This document shows, piece after piece, positions 20,741 to 29,749 of a DNA stretch of 32,000 nucleotides. The stretch is from NCBI RefSeq assembly GCF_000446015.1, contig NC_022093.1, positions 1,440,001 through 1,472,000 on the forward strand. The letters run 5' to 3'. The DNA is from Thermofilum adornatum. Its GTDB lineage: Archaea; Thermoproteota; Thermoprotei; Thermofilales; Thermofilaceae. Position numbers and translations under genes: made by a program. The notes under the pieces were generated by a model. The model did not search any database, was not told where the DNA came from, and saw only the letters and a list, made by a program, of their open reading frames with translations. Each line of letters opens with the position of its first letter. The first letter of the stretch is position 1.

Positions 20741-22699
20741 ATGGCACGCGGCCCTACTGAGAAGATGATTGCGGCAATGCTGGTCTTGTTGCTAGTTGTT
20801 TACACACAGACGTCGACTGTGACGCATCATGTAGCCGTGGAAGTTAAGGCTGAGCCACTGGTGGACTGGCTTGAGCTTGCTAGGTCTGCTTGGAACTACT
20901 TTCAGCCCGGGGTTGGTCTTAGCAGTCTAGGCTTAAATTATGCCTCTATATCGTGGCACTATTTGACTGACTGGGATCTTGGATGCTATATTTCTGCGAT
21001 TGTTGATGCCGAGGCTCTCGGCTTAGTGGATAAAGAAGGAACAATGGGTAGTGATGCTAGAATAAGGAAAGTGCTGAATTTCCTTGCTACTCGCCCCCTA
21101 CACCCAAGCGGGGTCCCCTACGGTGTTTATGATGCAGACACGGGTGAGCCAGGGACAACTAGCCCATCGAACCCCAGCGACGCGGGACGTCTTCTTATAG
21201 CTCTTTACCGGCTGAAGCAACACAGACCGGAGTTTTCAAACTATATCGACTATGTCGTGGAGAGGAATGGTATGTTAAAGTTTGCTGGTGGGGTTCCTAA
21301 TAACGGTTTTTACTCTTATTACTATGCTTACGGCTACTACTTGTGGGGTGCGAGAACCAGGCAAGTCAACGATGCTCTGAACGTGCTTTCAACACTTAGG
21401 TCTAAACAGGTGGTTGACGCTTACGGGGTAAAGCTTCCCTTTGTAGAGATAACGATGGAGCCAATACTCTACTCGATCTTTGAGCTAAGCTTGCCTGAGG
21501 ATTTCTTTTACTGGGCGAACCTGACACTCCAGGCACAATTTAACAGGTACAAGGCAACGGGGAAGCTGACAGCGTTTACTGAAGGAAACCTTGCAGTACC
21601 ACCCTACTACATATACGAGTGGATAGTCGACATTTACACTGGGAAAACCTTTACTTTATGGAGTCCTTCTATGGGGCACACCAGCTTGACTCCTGTTGTA
21701 TTTACCAAGGCGGCCATAGGCATGCATGCAATATGGGAAAATGAGTATACGTCACTACTTTTAAACTATGTCATGAAAGCAAAGACACCAAATGGCTTCT
21801 ATGAGGGTGTTGACGAGAACGGTAACATAATCTACATTATGACTGATAAAACGAATAGCCTAATTATTAACGCCGCCAGGTACGCACTACAAAAGGCTAA
21901 GCCGCCTTCACTCGTTGTACAGGAGACCTTAGAGACTTTTCCAGGCGAATCTGTGACTCTACCTGTCCTTGTTAACCATTCGCTCTCGCTACCCGTGCAT
22001 CTAAACGTCTCGTCTGGGATAGAAGGTCTCACATTATCCTTACAAAACTCTTCTGGGAAAACCCCTCTAAAAACAAATCTTACAATTACAGTTTACAACA
22101 TGATTAGGCCAGGCTCTTATCAAGTAATCATCCTTGCCACTTCCCCACTTGCCAAGCCCGTAAACAGGACTTTGACTGTTATCGTGAAACCTCCAGGATA
22201 TACATTGAAGATAAAAGCTCTCAATGCCTGTGGAGAGCCCGCGTCGAACGTAACCATAGTTCTAGGAGACTTCAAGGGACTCACGGCCCGAGACGGGACA
22301 CTGACATTTCGACATCTCAACGGCACCTATATGTTGTATGCGTTTCTAGGGAGAGTACAGGTGGCCGACCCAACAACTATAACAATCTCCTCAGACACGG
22401 AGCTCACACTTAAGCTCAAACTATACAAGGTTCTCATAGATGCCAAGACTACCAAGGGGACACCCGCTGAGGGCATCATTCTTAGGGCTTTTGTTGACGA
22501 CCAATTCTTGTCCTATGCAAAAACCAATAGTAGCGGGCTAGCGGTTCTCAAAAACATTCCGCCAGGAAACATAACAGTAAAGGCTTACTCGAGTGACGGG
22601 AAAATAGAACTAGGTAGCTGGAGCATAACTGTGCGGGGAGACGTTGACGTGGTCGACCCAGAGATAGTTGTTCCCGAGATAGGAAAAATAGAGGCATAA
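20741..22699 (+). CDS. Secreted/anchored glycosidase-like protein (DUF3131-like six-hairpin region) with C-terminal beta-sandwich repeats
   Basis: I prefer the ATG at 20741 within ORF 20720..22699. There is an N-terminal signal/anchor (MIAAMLVLLLVVYTQTS). WNYFQPGVGLS....TDWDLGCYISAIVDAEALGL....PSDAGRLLIALYRL resembles DUF3131/glucoamylase-like (alpha/alpha)6 proteins as I recall them. The C-terminus has two carboxypeptidase-regulatory-like repeats. There are 10 N-x-S/T sequons, 9 of them in the last roughly 245 aa. Confidence 0.6.
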   Translation: MARGPTEKMIAAMLVLLLVVYTQTSTVTHHVAVEVKAEPLVDWLELARSAWNYFQPGVGLSSLGLNYASISWHYLTDWDLGCYISAIVDAEALGLVDKEGTMGSDARIRKVLNFLATRPLHPSGVPYGVYDADTGEPGTTSPSNPSDAGRLLIALYRLKQHRPEFSNYIDYVVERNGMLKFAGGVPNNGFYSYYYAYGYYLWGARTRQVNDALNVLSTLRSKQVVDAYGVKLPFVEITMEPILYSIFELSLPEDFFYWANLTLQAQFNRYKATGKLTAFTEGNLAVPPYYIYEWIVDIYTGKTFTLWSPSMGHTSLTPVVFTKAAIGMHAIWENEYTSLLLNYVMKAKTPNGFYEGVDENGNIIYIMTDKTNSLIINAARYALQKAKPPSLVVQETLETFPGESVTLPVLVNHSLSLPVHLNVSSGIEGLTLSLQNSSGKTPLKTNLTITVYNMIRPGSYQVIILATSPLAKPVNRTLTVIVKPPGYTLKIKALNACGEPASNVTIVLGDFKGLTARDGTLTFRHLNGTYMLYAFLGRVQVADPTTITISSDTELTLKLKLYKVLIDAKTTKGTPAEGIILRAFVDDQFLSYAKTNSSGLAVLKNIPPGNITVKAYSSDGKIELGSWSITVRGDVDVVDPEIVVPEIGKIEA

Positions 22700-22705
22700 T
22701 GCCAT

Positions 22706-24175
22706 GTGGTGACAATTATGCGTCTCGGTGAAGATAAGGCAAGGGTGCTCGCGTTTTTCGTTCCCATGTTTGTGAGAGCGATTCCAGAAGTATTGTCCTG
22801 GCCTTATCCAATTGGGTTCGATACCATTGTCTATGCTGGCTACGCGGTTAGAGGAACATTTGTCAGGATGCCTGTTCTACAAGTGTTTAAGACAACAAGC
22901 TTGCTCTATATCATCTACACGTTGCTATATAAGGCTCTGGAAGACCCCCTTCTCCCTGCAAAGTTATTGGGACCATTGCTAACTGGCCTCGTGGGTTTTA
23001 CTATTTATTTGTATGGTAGGGCCGCCGGCTATAAGCCGGGAACATCTCTTCTCGCCTCCCTGCTTGCCACCACATATTTTGTTGGGCTCAGGATTTCCTG
23101 GGAGATGTATAGGCAGATGCTCGGAACGATCTTCCTCTTCCTGATATTTTACCTCGAGACAAGGCCCCAGACGAAGACGAACAGGCTTGGCCAGGCGGTC
23201 TTGTCGTTCCTCACGGCGTGGAGCCACGAATTCATAACTGTGATACTTCTATCACACAAGGCTATACAGTCGTTGGGAAAAAGGCACCCATACAAAATTA
23301 TAGAGGAAGCCCTAACAGCCGTGCCGGCAGGCCTGCTTTTCCTGTACCAAATATACAGCCCCTCCACGGGCGCACTGCAGGTCCCAGTTTTGCAGGTAGC
23401 TTCGCCAACCCCTCTTCACCTCTTTCTATACATAACTGGCTTTGTCTTGTACCTCTATCTTCCGCTCGCACCCCTAATAGTCTTCGGGATAGGTGAGTTG
23501 GGCAAGCCACAGCTCAGGGACTTTGCCATTGTCTGCCTCCTGTTGACCTACTTGCCCCTCCTTAGCATAGGAATCCTCGACATTCTGTGGTTTAGGTGGA
23601 CTATCCTCCTCGTCTACCCAGTAGCATTTTTGGCGGCTGGGGGCTTCGAGAGGCTCGTGAAGGGTGAGGCTCCCTTGAGCCGTGAGACTGCTAGGAGGCT
23701 AGCAGTTGCAACCCTCGTGCTGAATGTCGTGTTTACGGCTACTTACCTTGTCCTGCCTCCCGAGGGACAGTTTAACAAGTATTTTGGAGACTGGAACATG
23801 TATAAACAGTTCATGCAGACATCCATGCTCCAGTCTTGTATCCCCCTGAGAGACATACCCCCAACCATTGAGGCCATTAAATGGGTAGACTCTCTCCCCG
23901 GGAATAAGACCCTCGTGCTCCACGAGGCCTTCCATAACTGGGCCCAAATATATGCAAAAAACACGAGGCTCGTCAGGATTAACGAGCAGAAGCTTTCTTC
24001 TCCAATAAGGCAGAACATCTCGCAACTACTAGTAGCCTTGGCAGAAAAACAAAACACCACTGTCTATACCATATGGTGGACAAATACAACGTGGTATAAT
24101 ATGTCCTCGCCACCTCCACAGTACAAGCTTATAAAAACATTCCATGACATTGCAGTATACGTCTACCAGCCTTAA
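22706..24175 (+). CDS. Multi-pass integral membrane protein, GT-C-like putative glycosyltransferase/polymerase
   Basis: A 489-aa ORF starting at GTG 22706 or ATG 22718. It has roughly 10 or more hydrophobic helices and an early loop IPEVLSWPYPIGFDTIVY. The soluble C-terminal roughly 120 aa carry 5 N-x-S/T sequons, so that end is probably external. The functional call is an inference from architecture and context. Confidence 0.55.
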   Translation: MVTIMRLGEDKARVLAFFVPMFVRAIPEVLSWPYPIGFDTIVYAGYAVRGTFVRMPVLQVFKTTSLLYIIYTLLYKALEDPLLPAKLLGPLLTGLVGFTIYLYGRAAGYKPGTSLLASLLATTYFVGLRISWEMYRQMLGTIFLFLIFYLETRPQTKTNRLGQAVLSFLTAWSHEFITVILLSHKAIQSLGKRHPYKIIEEALTAVPAGLLFLYQIYSPSTGALQVPVLQVASPTPLHLFLYITGFVLYLYLPLAPLIVFGIGELGKPQLRDFAIVCLLLTYLPLLSIGILDILWFRWTILLVYPVAFLAAGGFERLVKGEAPLSRETARRLAVATLVLNVVFTATYLVLPPEGQFNKYFGDWNMYKQFMQTSMLQSCIPLRDIPPTIEAIKWVDSLPGNKTLVLHEAFHNWAQIYAKNTRLVRINEQKLSSPIRQNISQLLVALAEKQNTTVYTIWWTNTTWYNMSSPPPQYKLIKTFHDIAVYVYQP

Positions 24176-24294
24176 GGTACTGCAAAGCCCTCGCTTTATT
24201 GGAGATAATTTCTCAATGTTTTGTTTCTATCTTTAATAAAAATAAATCAACCAAGCTTAAATATTTAGGATCGTTCCAGTAATTCAGGGAATGT

Positions 24295-25329
24295 ATGGGG
24301 TATCCGCGGGTATCCTTAATATGGGTGAACTATAATTCTGGAAGGTTTTTAGAGATTGCAAAGGAGTCTCTTCTGGCACTTACAGAGCTAGATTATCCGA
24401 GCTACGAGGTTATAGTGGTTGATAATGGTTCCAACGATGCGAGCCGTGAGTACGTACGTGAGATTGCCGAGAAGTATAGGTTCAAATTCATAGGTTTAGC
24501 GCGAAACCTGGGGTTTACTGGTGGGAACAATGTAGGCTTCAGGGCTCGGGATAAAGAAGCTAAATATGTTGTTCTGATAAATAACGATGCGATAGTTTAC
24601 AAGGATAGTTTACGGGAGTTGGTAGAGTTTATCGAAAACGAGAGAGCTGTGGGAGCTGCTCAGGGAATAATTTTAAGCTCAGACAACACGGTAGATTCAG
24701 CCGGCGTAATTATGGATGAGGTTTTGGCTTCCCATCCACTTTACAGGTACAAATCTCCTGGAATGATTAATAGGCCGCTTGCTGTAACGTATACAAGTGG
24801 AGCTTATTCTATTTATAGGGTAAGTTCTCTTCTCGATGTATGGCATGGTATGGAAAAGATTTTCTTTGACTTTGGCTTTGGGTACTTTGATGACAATGTG
24901 CTTGGTTTACAAATGTGGAATCATGGATGGAAATGCAGAGTTTACCCAGTAAAAGTGGGCATCCATAAAGCAAGCCTATCTTTCGGCAGGGCAAGCTCCC
25001 TAAGAGCATACCTATCTCTGAGAAACACCTTGTTGTTGAACGAGATCACCAATAGTCGATACAAGTCAGTTATTCCAATTTTTGCGTTCCGAGACGCTTT
25101 TCCCAGAGCTTTTAGGTCGAAGGACAAATTCTATGAAGTTATAGCTTATGCAATAAAAGACTATAAACGTTTTAAGCCCTTTTTAGTTGGTTATAGGCTT
25201 GACATCTACAAGGCCCCTATTATGAAAATAGAGCCCTGGAACTTGATAAAGTTTCTTGGACTAAGGCGTAGGGTTACACATAAGATAGATGAGGAATTAT
25301 CTCTATTCTTCAAAGACACCAAAAAATAG
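24295..25329 (+). CDS. Family-2 glycosyltransferase (soluble, rhamnosyltransferase-like subgroup)
   Basis: VSLIWVNYNSGRFL, YEVIVVDNGSNDAS, NLGFTGGNNVGF and VVLINNDAIV form a typical GT-A GT2 N-terminal half. Confidence 0.85.
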   Translation: MGYPRVSLIWVNYNSGRFLEIAKESLLALTELDYPSYEVIVVDNGSNDASREYVREIAEKYRFKFIGLARNLGFTGGNNVGFRARDKEAKYVVLINNDAIVYKDSLRELVEFIENERAVGAAQGIILSSDNTVDSAGVIMDEVLASHPLYRYKSPGMINRPLAVTYTSGAYSIYRVSSLLDVWHGMEKIFFDFGFGYFDDNVLGLQMWNHGWKCRVYPVKVGIHKASLSFGRASSLRAYLSLRNTLLLNEITNSRYKSVIPIFAFRDAFPRAFRSKDKFYEVIAYAIKDYKRFKPFLVGYRLDIYKAPIMKIEPWNLIKFLGLRRRVTHKIDEELSLFFKDTKK

Positions 25330-25470
25330 TATAAACTTGGTTGTATGAAGTTTGTTTTAATTTGATGTTGGATTGTTCCCCTTGGGCAATGTTTCCAGCA
25401 AAACTACTGTGAATATTTTCCAGCTAAACTCTTTTAAACAGGCAGATGTCGGTATGTAGGTGGGAGCGTT

Positions 25471-26415
25471 ATGATTGCAATGTTTAATGATTGTGCCTAT
25501 GTTGGTGAGACGCTTGTTAAGTACTTTCCGAGGGAGCTACCTGTTATACATATAAAAAGGAGTAGAGGTCTATGGAGTAAAACATTTGGTATAGCTTTAA
25601 AGATCCTGAGAACGAAGGCCGAGTTATATCATGTTCATTATCTTCTGCAGGACTGTTATATAGCAGGCAAGCTTGGGAAGAAGCCGCTTGTTGGGCATGC
25701 ACATGGAAGTGACTTAAGGAGAACTTTGTTTCATCCTGTGTGGGGCAGAATTGTAAGGTATAACCTAAAAGTTTCTGATAGGGTGCTTGTGAGTACTCCT
25801 GATATCCTTGGGATAGCTAGGAAGTTTAGAGAAGACGCTGAATATCTGCCTAACCCTGTAGATACGAAAATTTTTTACCCTAAACCTCTCATTGGACGTG
25901 AGAAGAAAAAGGTTCTTATAGCCTCTGACTCCAACTGGAGCGTAAAGGGAACTGATATAGCAATTAGAGCTTTAAGCAGAATAAAGGATAAAGTCGAGGT
26001 GAGTATCATTAGATATGGTAGGGACTTTGAAAATACTGTTCTACTTGCACAAAAGTTGGGTTTAAAGTTAAATGTTCTTCCAAAGGTTTCCCATGAGAAA
26101 CTGGTTGAGTATTTCTGGGAACATGATGTTGTTATTGATAGGTTTAAGCTTGGCTCTCTTGGGATGGTTTCTTTGGAGGCTATCGCTGCTGGCAGACCGG
26201 TTTTATGCTATGTTTCTTCTGAATTTGAGGAATATAGGGATTTCCCATTGAAAGACGTTCGGGACGAAGAAGAGATTATTGAAGCAGTCATGAACGCAGA
26301 TGAGGATTTATGGAGGAAGCAATATGCTTATTTAATGAAGCATCATGAGCCCAATACGGTAGCAAAAAGGGTATTGGAAATTTACAGGTCTCTAGGCGTC
26401 GAAATATCTGTTTAG
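25471..26415 (+). CDS. Family-4 (group 1) glycosyltransferase
   Basis: GHAHGSDL lies in the N-domain. The C-domain has ..VLIASDSNWSVKGTD.. and GMVSLEAIAAGRPVLCYV (the E-x7-E region), giving a GT-B layout. Confidence 0.75.
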   Translation: MIAMFNDCAYVGETLVKYFPRELPVIHIKRSRGLWSKTFGIALKILRTKAELYHVHYLLQDCYIAGKLGKKPLVGHAHGSDLRRTLFHPVWGRIVRYNLKVSDRVLVSTPDILGIARKFREDAEYLPNPVDTKIFYPKPLIGREKKKVLIASDSNWSVKGTDIAIRALSRIKDKVEVSIIRYGRDFENTVLLAQKLGLKLNVLPKVSHEKLVEYFWEHDVVIDRFKLGSLGMVSLEAIAAGRPVLCYVSSEFEEYRDFPLKDVRDEEEIIEAVMNADEDLWRKQYAYLMKHHEPNTVAKRVLEIYRSLGVEISV

Positions 26416-26511
26416 CTTTGCAAAATATGTGAGGGCATGAAAAACCCCGCATGTCAATAATCCTCTTCATAAAATTTAAATGAAGTAGCCTGGTGTTAAC
26501 GGTGGATCTCC

Positions 26512-27366
26512 ATGATACTTGTCACTTATGTCCCATTTTATCGGATACACGAGGTTTTACTCTACTTTACCAAGAATTGTGAAATAATTTCGCCGAGGGA
26601 ATGCTGGGTGTTTGTTGACAATGTTTATCATGAGAAACAGAAAGAGCTTTTGAGAAAAATTTTCCCAGACAGTTACCTGTTGTCTACGGGAAACTGGAGG
26701 AATAGAACGGAGACATGGCTAGAAATTATTAGACATGCTTCTGCTACAGACGACGAATGTGTGGTTGTTGACAGCGATAATTTGTTAGAGGATTCATTCA
26801 AGGAAATCTATTCAGCTTTAAAGGACGCCCCCTTGTATACACTTATGAACATAGAGGCATGGAGCAATGACCAGACAAGAGCCACATATTTGAGGCGTAG
26901 CAGGAAGATTGGAGAAATAACTATACGAGGAGAAACTAGACCCTTACTGCTTTATAAGGTTTACGAAGGTCCCGGACCAAGTTTATTCCGCGGAGGTTCT
27001 CCATTCTTTATAGGTCCTAAACAAGTAGTGGTTTTCAGAAAATATCCAAGCGAAGAGATCCTGAGGGGCATAGAAAGGGCAATCAGGGAAGTTGATCCTT
27101 GGCTTAGAAACTTTATAAATGACGAGACACCCCTAGGGATAATTGCCTACCTCATGGGGATTAAAGAGGTTTATTGGACTTTTGGCTCGTATCACTTGTA
27201 TCATGGGTCAACTCCTTCTAGGCAAACACCTTTTCTGGTGGCTCTTGCCCACGTGCAGTTTGCAAATGGCTTAGCCAAGGTTTTTAGGAAAAAGGAATTT
27301 ACATATTATGGCTTGAAGTATAGGCTAGCATTTTGGAAGAACTTCTTAAACTTGCTGAGCGTTTAA
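26512..27366 (+). CDS. Hypothetical protein, possible unclassified GT-A-like glycosyltransferase
   Basis: A 284-aa ORF co-directional with the GT genes. ILVTYVPFY (beta1-like) and CVVVDSDNLLED (DxD-like) hint at a GT-A fold. I recognised no family. Confidence 0.45.
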   Translation: MILVTYVPFYRIHEVLLYFTKNCEIISPRECWVFVDNVYHEKQKELLRKIFPDSYLLSTGNWRNRTETWLEIIRHASATDDECVVVDSDNLLEDSFKEIYSALKDAPLYTLMNIEAWSNDQTRATYLRRSRKIGEITIRGETRPLLLYKVYEGPGPSLFRGGSPFFIGPKQVVVFRKYPSEEILRGIERAIREVDPWLRNFINDETPLGIIAYLMGIKEVYWTFGSYHLYHGSTPSRQTPFLVALAHVQFANGLAKVFRKKEFTYYGLKYRLAFWKNFLNLLSV

Positions 27367-27387
27367 AGAATACATTAAAACAGCAGT

Positions 27388-27774
27388 CTAGTGCGATTCA
27401 TCTTCTTCTCTAGGTCCAGTTGCCTCTTCGGCTTTTCCGGCTAGGAACATTTCCATTGCTTCTTGCAGGGTCATTGTCTTTTTGCCCTGTGGGGGCGTCA
27501 CGTAGTAGATTTTTATGCCGAGCTCTCTTAGCCTGTAGTAGGCCCCGTAGCCTGCTCCGAGCGATAGGAGGGTGTTTACCCCCTTCTTTACTAGCTCGTT
27601 GACTACTCCTACTCCCCTGCCGTGTGAGTGGGTTAGGAAGGGGTTCTGGAATATTTCGACGATTCTGTAGCTGTTTCCGTCTAGGTCGATAATCGCAAAG
27701 CTGGGAGCCCTGCCGAAGTGTGGCACTAGGAGGATTTTGTCCCCGGACTTAACAACTGGAACCGCTATCCTCAT
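27388..27774 (-). CDS. NifB/NifX-type (dinitrogenase FeMo-cofactor biosynthesis domain) protein
   Basis: MRIAVPV......VPHFGRAPSFAIIDLDG......I.NP......G.G..V...L...GV..L.....G..A...L...GI..Y matches the small stand-alone NifX/NifB-like family. Confidence 0.75.
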   Translation of the reverse strand: MRIAVPVVKSGDKILLVPHFGRAPSFAIIDLDGNSYRIVEIFQNPFLTHSHGRGVGVVNELVKKGVNTLLSLGAGYGAYYRLRELGIKIYYVTPPQGKKTMTLQEAMEMFLAGKAEEATGPREEDESH

Positions 27775-27848
27775 GTTTGTCGATGTGTGGTAGTCCTACC
27801 TTCAGAAATATTTTTCTATTGCAGAATCACCAGAGAGAATTTTTGCGT

Positions 27849-28577
27849 CTACAGTTGGCTCGTTATCTGCTTTACCACTTTTTCTAGGTATGGTCGAAGC
27901 TTCTCGGCTAATCTGTCGCGGTCGCCCTCTATGCTGGGCATCTCTTCATGGTATGGGATGCTAGCTATAGGCTCTATGCCTAGGGCTTCTCGGATTCTCT
28001 CTGGCTGGCTACACATGTTTGCAACTACTCCCAATGACTCAACTTTCTCGCTGTCTAGGAATTCGAGGATCCTCTTCGTAGATACTATGCTCATCTTGTC
28101 ACAGGTGGAGGCCACTAGGACCCTCACCTTCCTGTGCAGGCGGAGAAGCTCTAGGAGTGTGTCAGAGAGTCCTGGAGGTGTGTCGACAACGAATACCTTG
28201 CCGGTCCACCTTGTTACTGCTAGGAGCTCTCTGAACGCGTCAACGCTTTCTCTTCCACGTAGGGGAAGAGCCCTGTCCTTGCTGTAAAAAGCTATGCTCA
28301 TGAATTCTAGGTTTTCCTCTACTTTTACTGGCAGTACTCCTTTTTCTTCTTCTGGCATCAATTCCTCAACGTCCACGCCGAGAGAGATGTGGGTCGTTGG
28401 GTTCGTGAAGTCTGTGTCTAGGAGGCTTGCCTGGACACCGCTCCTAGCTAGAGCGAGTGCCAGCCCCACAGAAATTGTAGTTTTACCTACTCCCCCCTTG
28501 GGACTAGTAACTGGGACAACTAGCTTGAAGCCTCGGAGTCTCTCCCTTATGAGGGGTACTCGGAAATCCGTCTCCAT
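27849..28577 (-). CDS. Mrp/MinD-family P-loop ATPase, HypB-type nickel-insertion partner of HypA
   Basis: It has a deviant Walker A (TSPKGGVGKTTISVGLALALA), DTDFTNP and ..PLRGRESVDAFRELLAVTRW..VVDTPPGLSD... It lacks the Mrp/NBP35 CxxC. Its ATG abuts the hypA stop (TAGATG). The layout resembles the Mrp/MinD-type HypB described in Thermococcus kodakarensis. Confidence 0.7.
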   Translation of the reverse strand: METDFRVPLIRERLRGFKLVVPVTSPKGGVGKTTISVGLALALARSGVQASLLDTDFTNPTTHISLGVDVEELMPEEEKGVLPVKVEENLEFMSIAFYSKDRALPLRGRESVDAFRELLAVTRWTGKVFVVDTPPGLSDTLLELLRLHRKVRVLVASTCDKMSIVSTKRILEFLDSEKVESLGVVANMCSQPERIREALGIEPIASIPYHEEMPSIEGDRDRLAEKLRPYLEKVVKQITSQL

Positions 28578-28973
28578 CTAGTCCACCCTTACCTTTACCC
28601 CTCTGCCTCTAACTATCTCAAAGTCCCGGCTACCACATTTCGGGCAGGAATAGTAAGAGTGAACAACTTCTGGGACAAAGTGTATCGCCTCCCTGAACTC
28701 TTCCCCAATGCTCCAGTCTTTTAGGCTCCATTCGTAGCCGCACACCATGCACTTGAAGACTGCCTCTTCACGTGTAATCTTGAAATCTTGGACGTTGATG
28801 CCTTTCTCTGTCCTGAGCTCTTCCAAAAGCTCTCGTAGCGCCGTCTCGAAGACCCCCTCGTCTACGGCCTGTAGCTCTCCGAGGACAACCTCTATGTGCC
28901 TGACGTCTTTGTTGCTAGTTACAAGCTCTTCAACAGTCTTAACTACTGCCTCTGCAAGCGCCCACTCATGCAC
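28578..28973 (-). CDS. hypA: [NiFe]-hydrogenase nickel incorporation protein HypA
   Basis: HEWALAEAVV at the N-terminus, with zinc-ribbon cysteines CMVCG...CPKCGS. The ORF track starts at GTG 28982 (MGLVHEW). The GTG at 28973 instead yields the canonical MHEW nickel-binding N-terminus. Confidence 0.85.
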   Translation of the reverse strand: MHEWALAEAVVKTVEELVTSNKDVRHIEVVLGELQAVDEGVFETALRELLEELRTEKGINVQDFKITREEAVFKCMVCGYEWSLKDWSIGEEFREAIHFVPEVVHSYYSCPKCGSRDFEIVRGRGVKVRVD

Positions 28974-29404
28974 AAGGCCCACCTACCTTACGGATCCTAG
29001 ATGCACGTCTAAGATTGGTTAAGGTTTACATGGTTAATTTTAAGCTTGCTGGCTGGGTTGCTTCCTTTTATTGTTACTCTTCACTTGGAACGATGACAGA
29101 GATTTTGGTTCTCTTGAGGCCCTCTTAACTAGGTCCATGTAAGTGTTCTTGAGGAGCTCGAATTCAGGTGTGATATACAGCTCAATACCCTCGCTCAAGG
29201 CGGCTATAATAAGTGGGTTCCCTTTTTTCAGCATTTTCAGAGCGCGCGCTAAGAAACACGTGCTCCTAGTCAAAATTTTATAGCAGAAATTTGTAGTTTT
29301 GTGTTCGATCAGATAGGCTACAACTCAACCGAAATATTTTTGTATGTCACAGGGAAAAAATAAATAGTTTTTCATATACCAATATATCGTTATAGGGGGT
29401 CTAC

Positions 29405-29749
29405 TTGGACGGCTCAAATATTTCATGGTTGCTTCCTGTTGCCGTCATACTCTATTCTATATATAGGGCCTCCGGCTCATACCAGAAGGGCCCGCAAGAC
29501 CCGTGGCTGAAGGTTTCCCTCGCCGTAGCAATGCTGGGCGGAGGACTCACACTGTACTCCTTGCCTTTAATGGTTGTGCAGTTGCTTGGCTGGGATACTT
29601 CCATGCTTGCGCTTCTCTTCATGTTTGGCTTCGTGCTTATTACTTTCTCTATTTTCCTTATGAGTCTATGGAACACTTATATGTGTGAGAGTGGCCAGTT
29701 GGAGGTGGCAGGCGCCCGGGCGGAGTCGATATTTTTGCATGCGACATGA
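29405..29749 (+). CDS. Hypothetical membrane protein (3 predicted TM helices)
   Basis: A 114-aa ORF with a TTG start. Its hydrophobic segments include WLLPVAVILYSIY, LAVAMLGGGLTLYSLPLMVV and LALLFMFGFVLITFSIFLMSL. It overlaps the next gene by 4 nt (ATGA). Confidence 0.5.
   Translation: MDGSNISWLLPVAVILYSIYRASGSYQKGPQDPWLKVSLAVAMLGGGLTLYSLPLMVVQLLGWDTSMLALLFMFGFVLITFSIFLMSLWNTYMCESGQLEVAGARAESIFLHAT

Noticed and set aside
29040-29273. A 77-aa TTG-initiated ORF (…MLKKGNPLIIAALSEGIELYITPEFELLKNTYMDLVKR…), possibly the C-terminal remnant of a nucleotidyltransferase-type protein.
   Set aside because: It has no catalytic motif and the similarity is only a vague recollection. The upstream sequence shows no GSxxRG region. 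It may be a remnant or a spurious ORF, so I did not call it as a feature.
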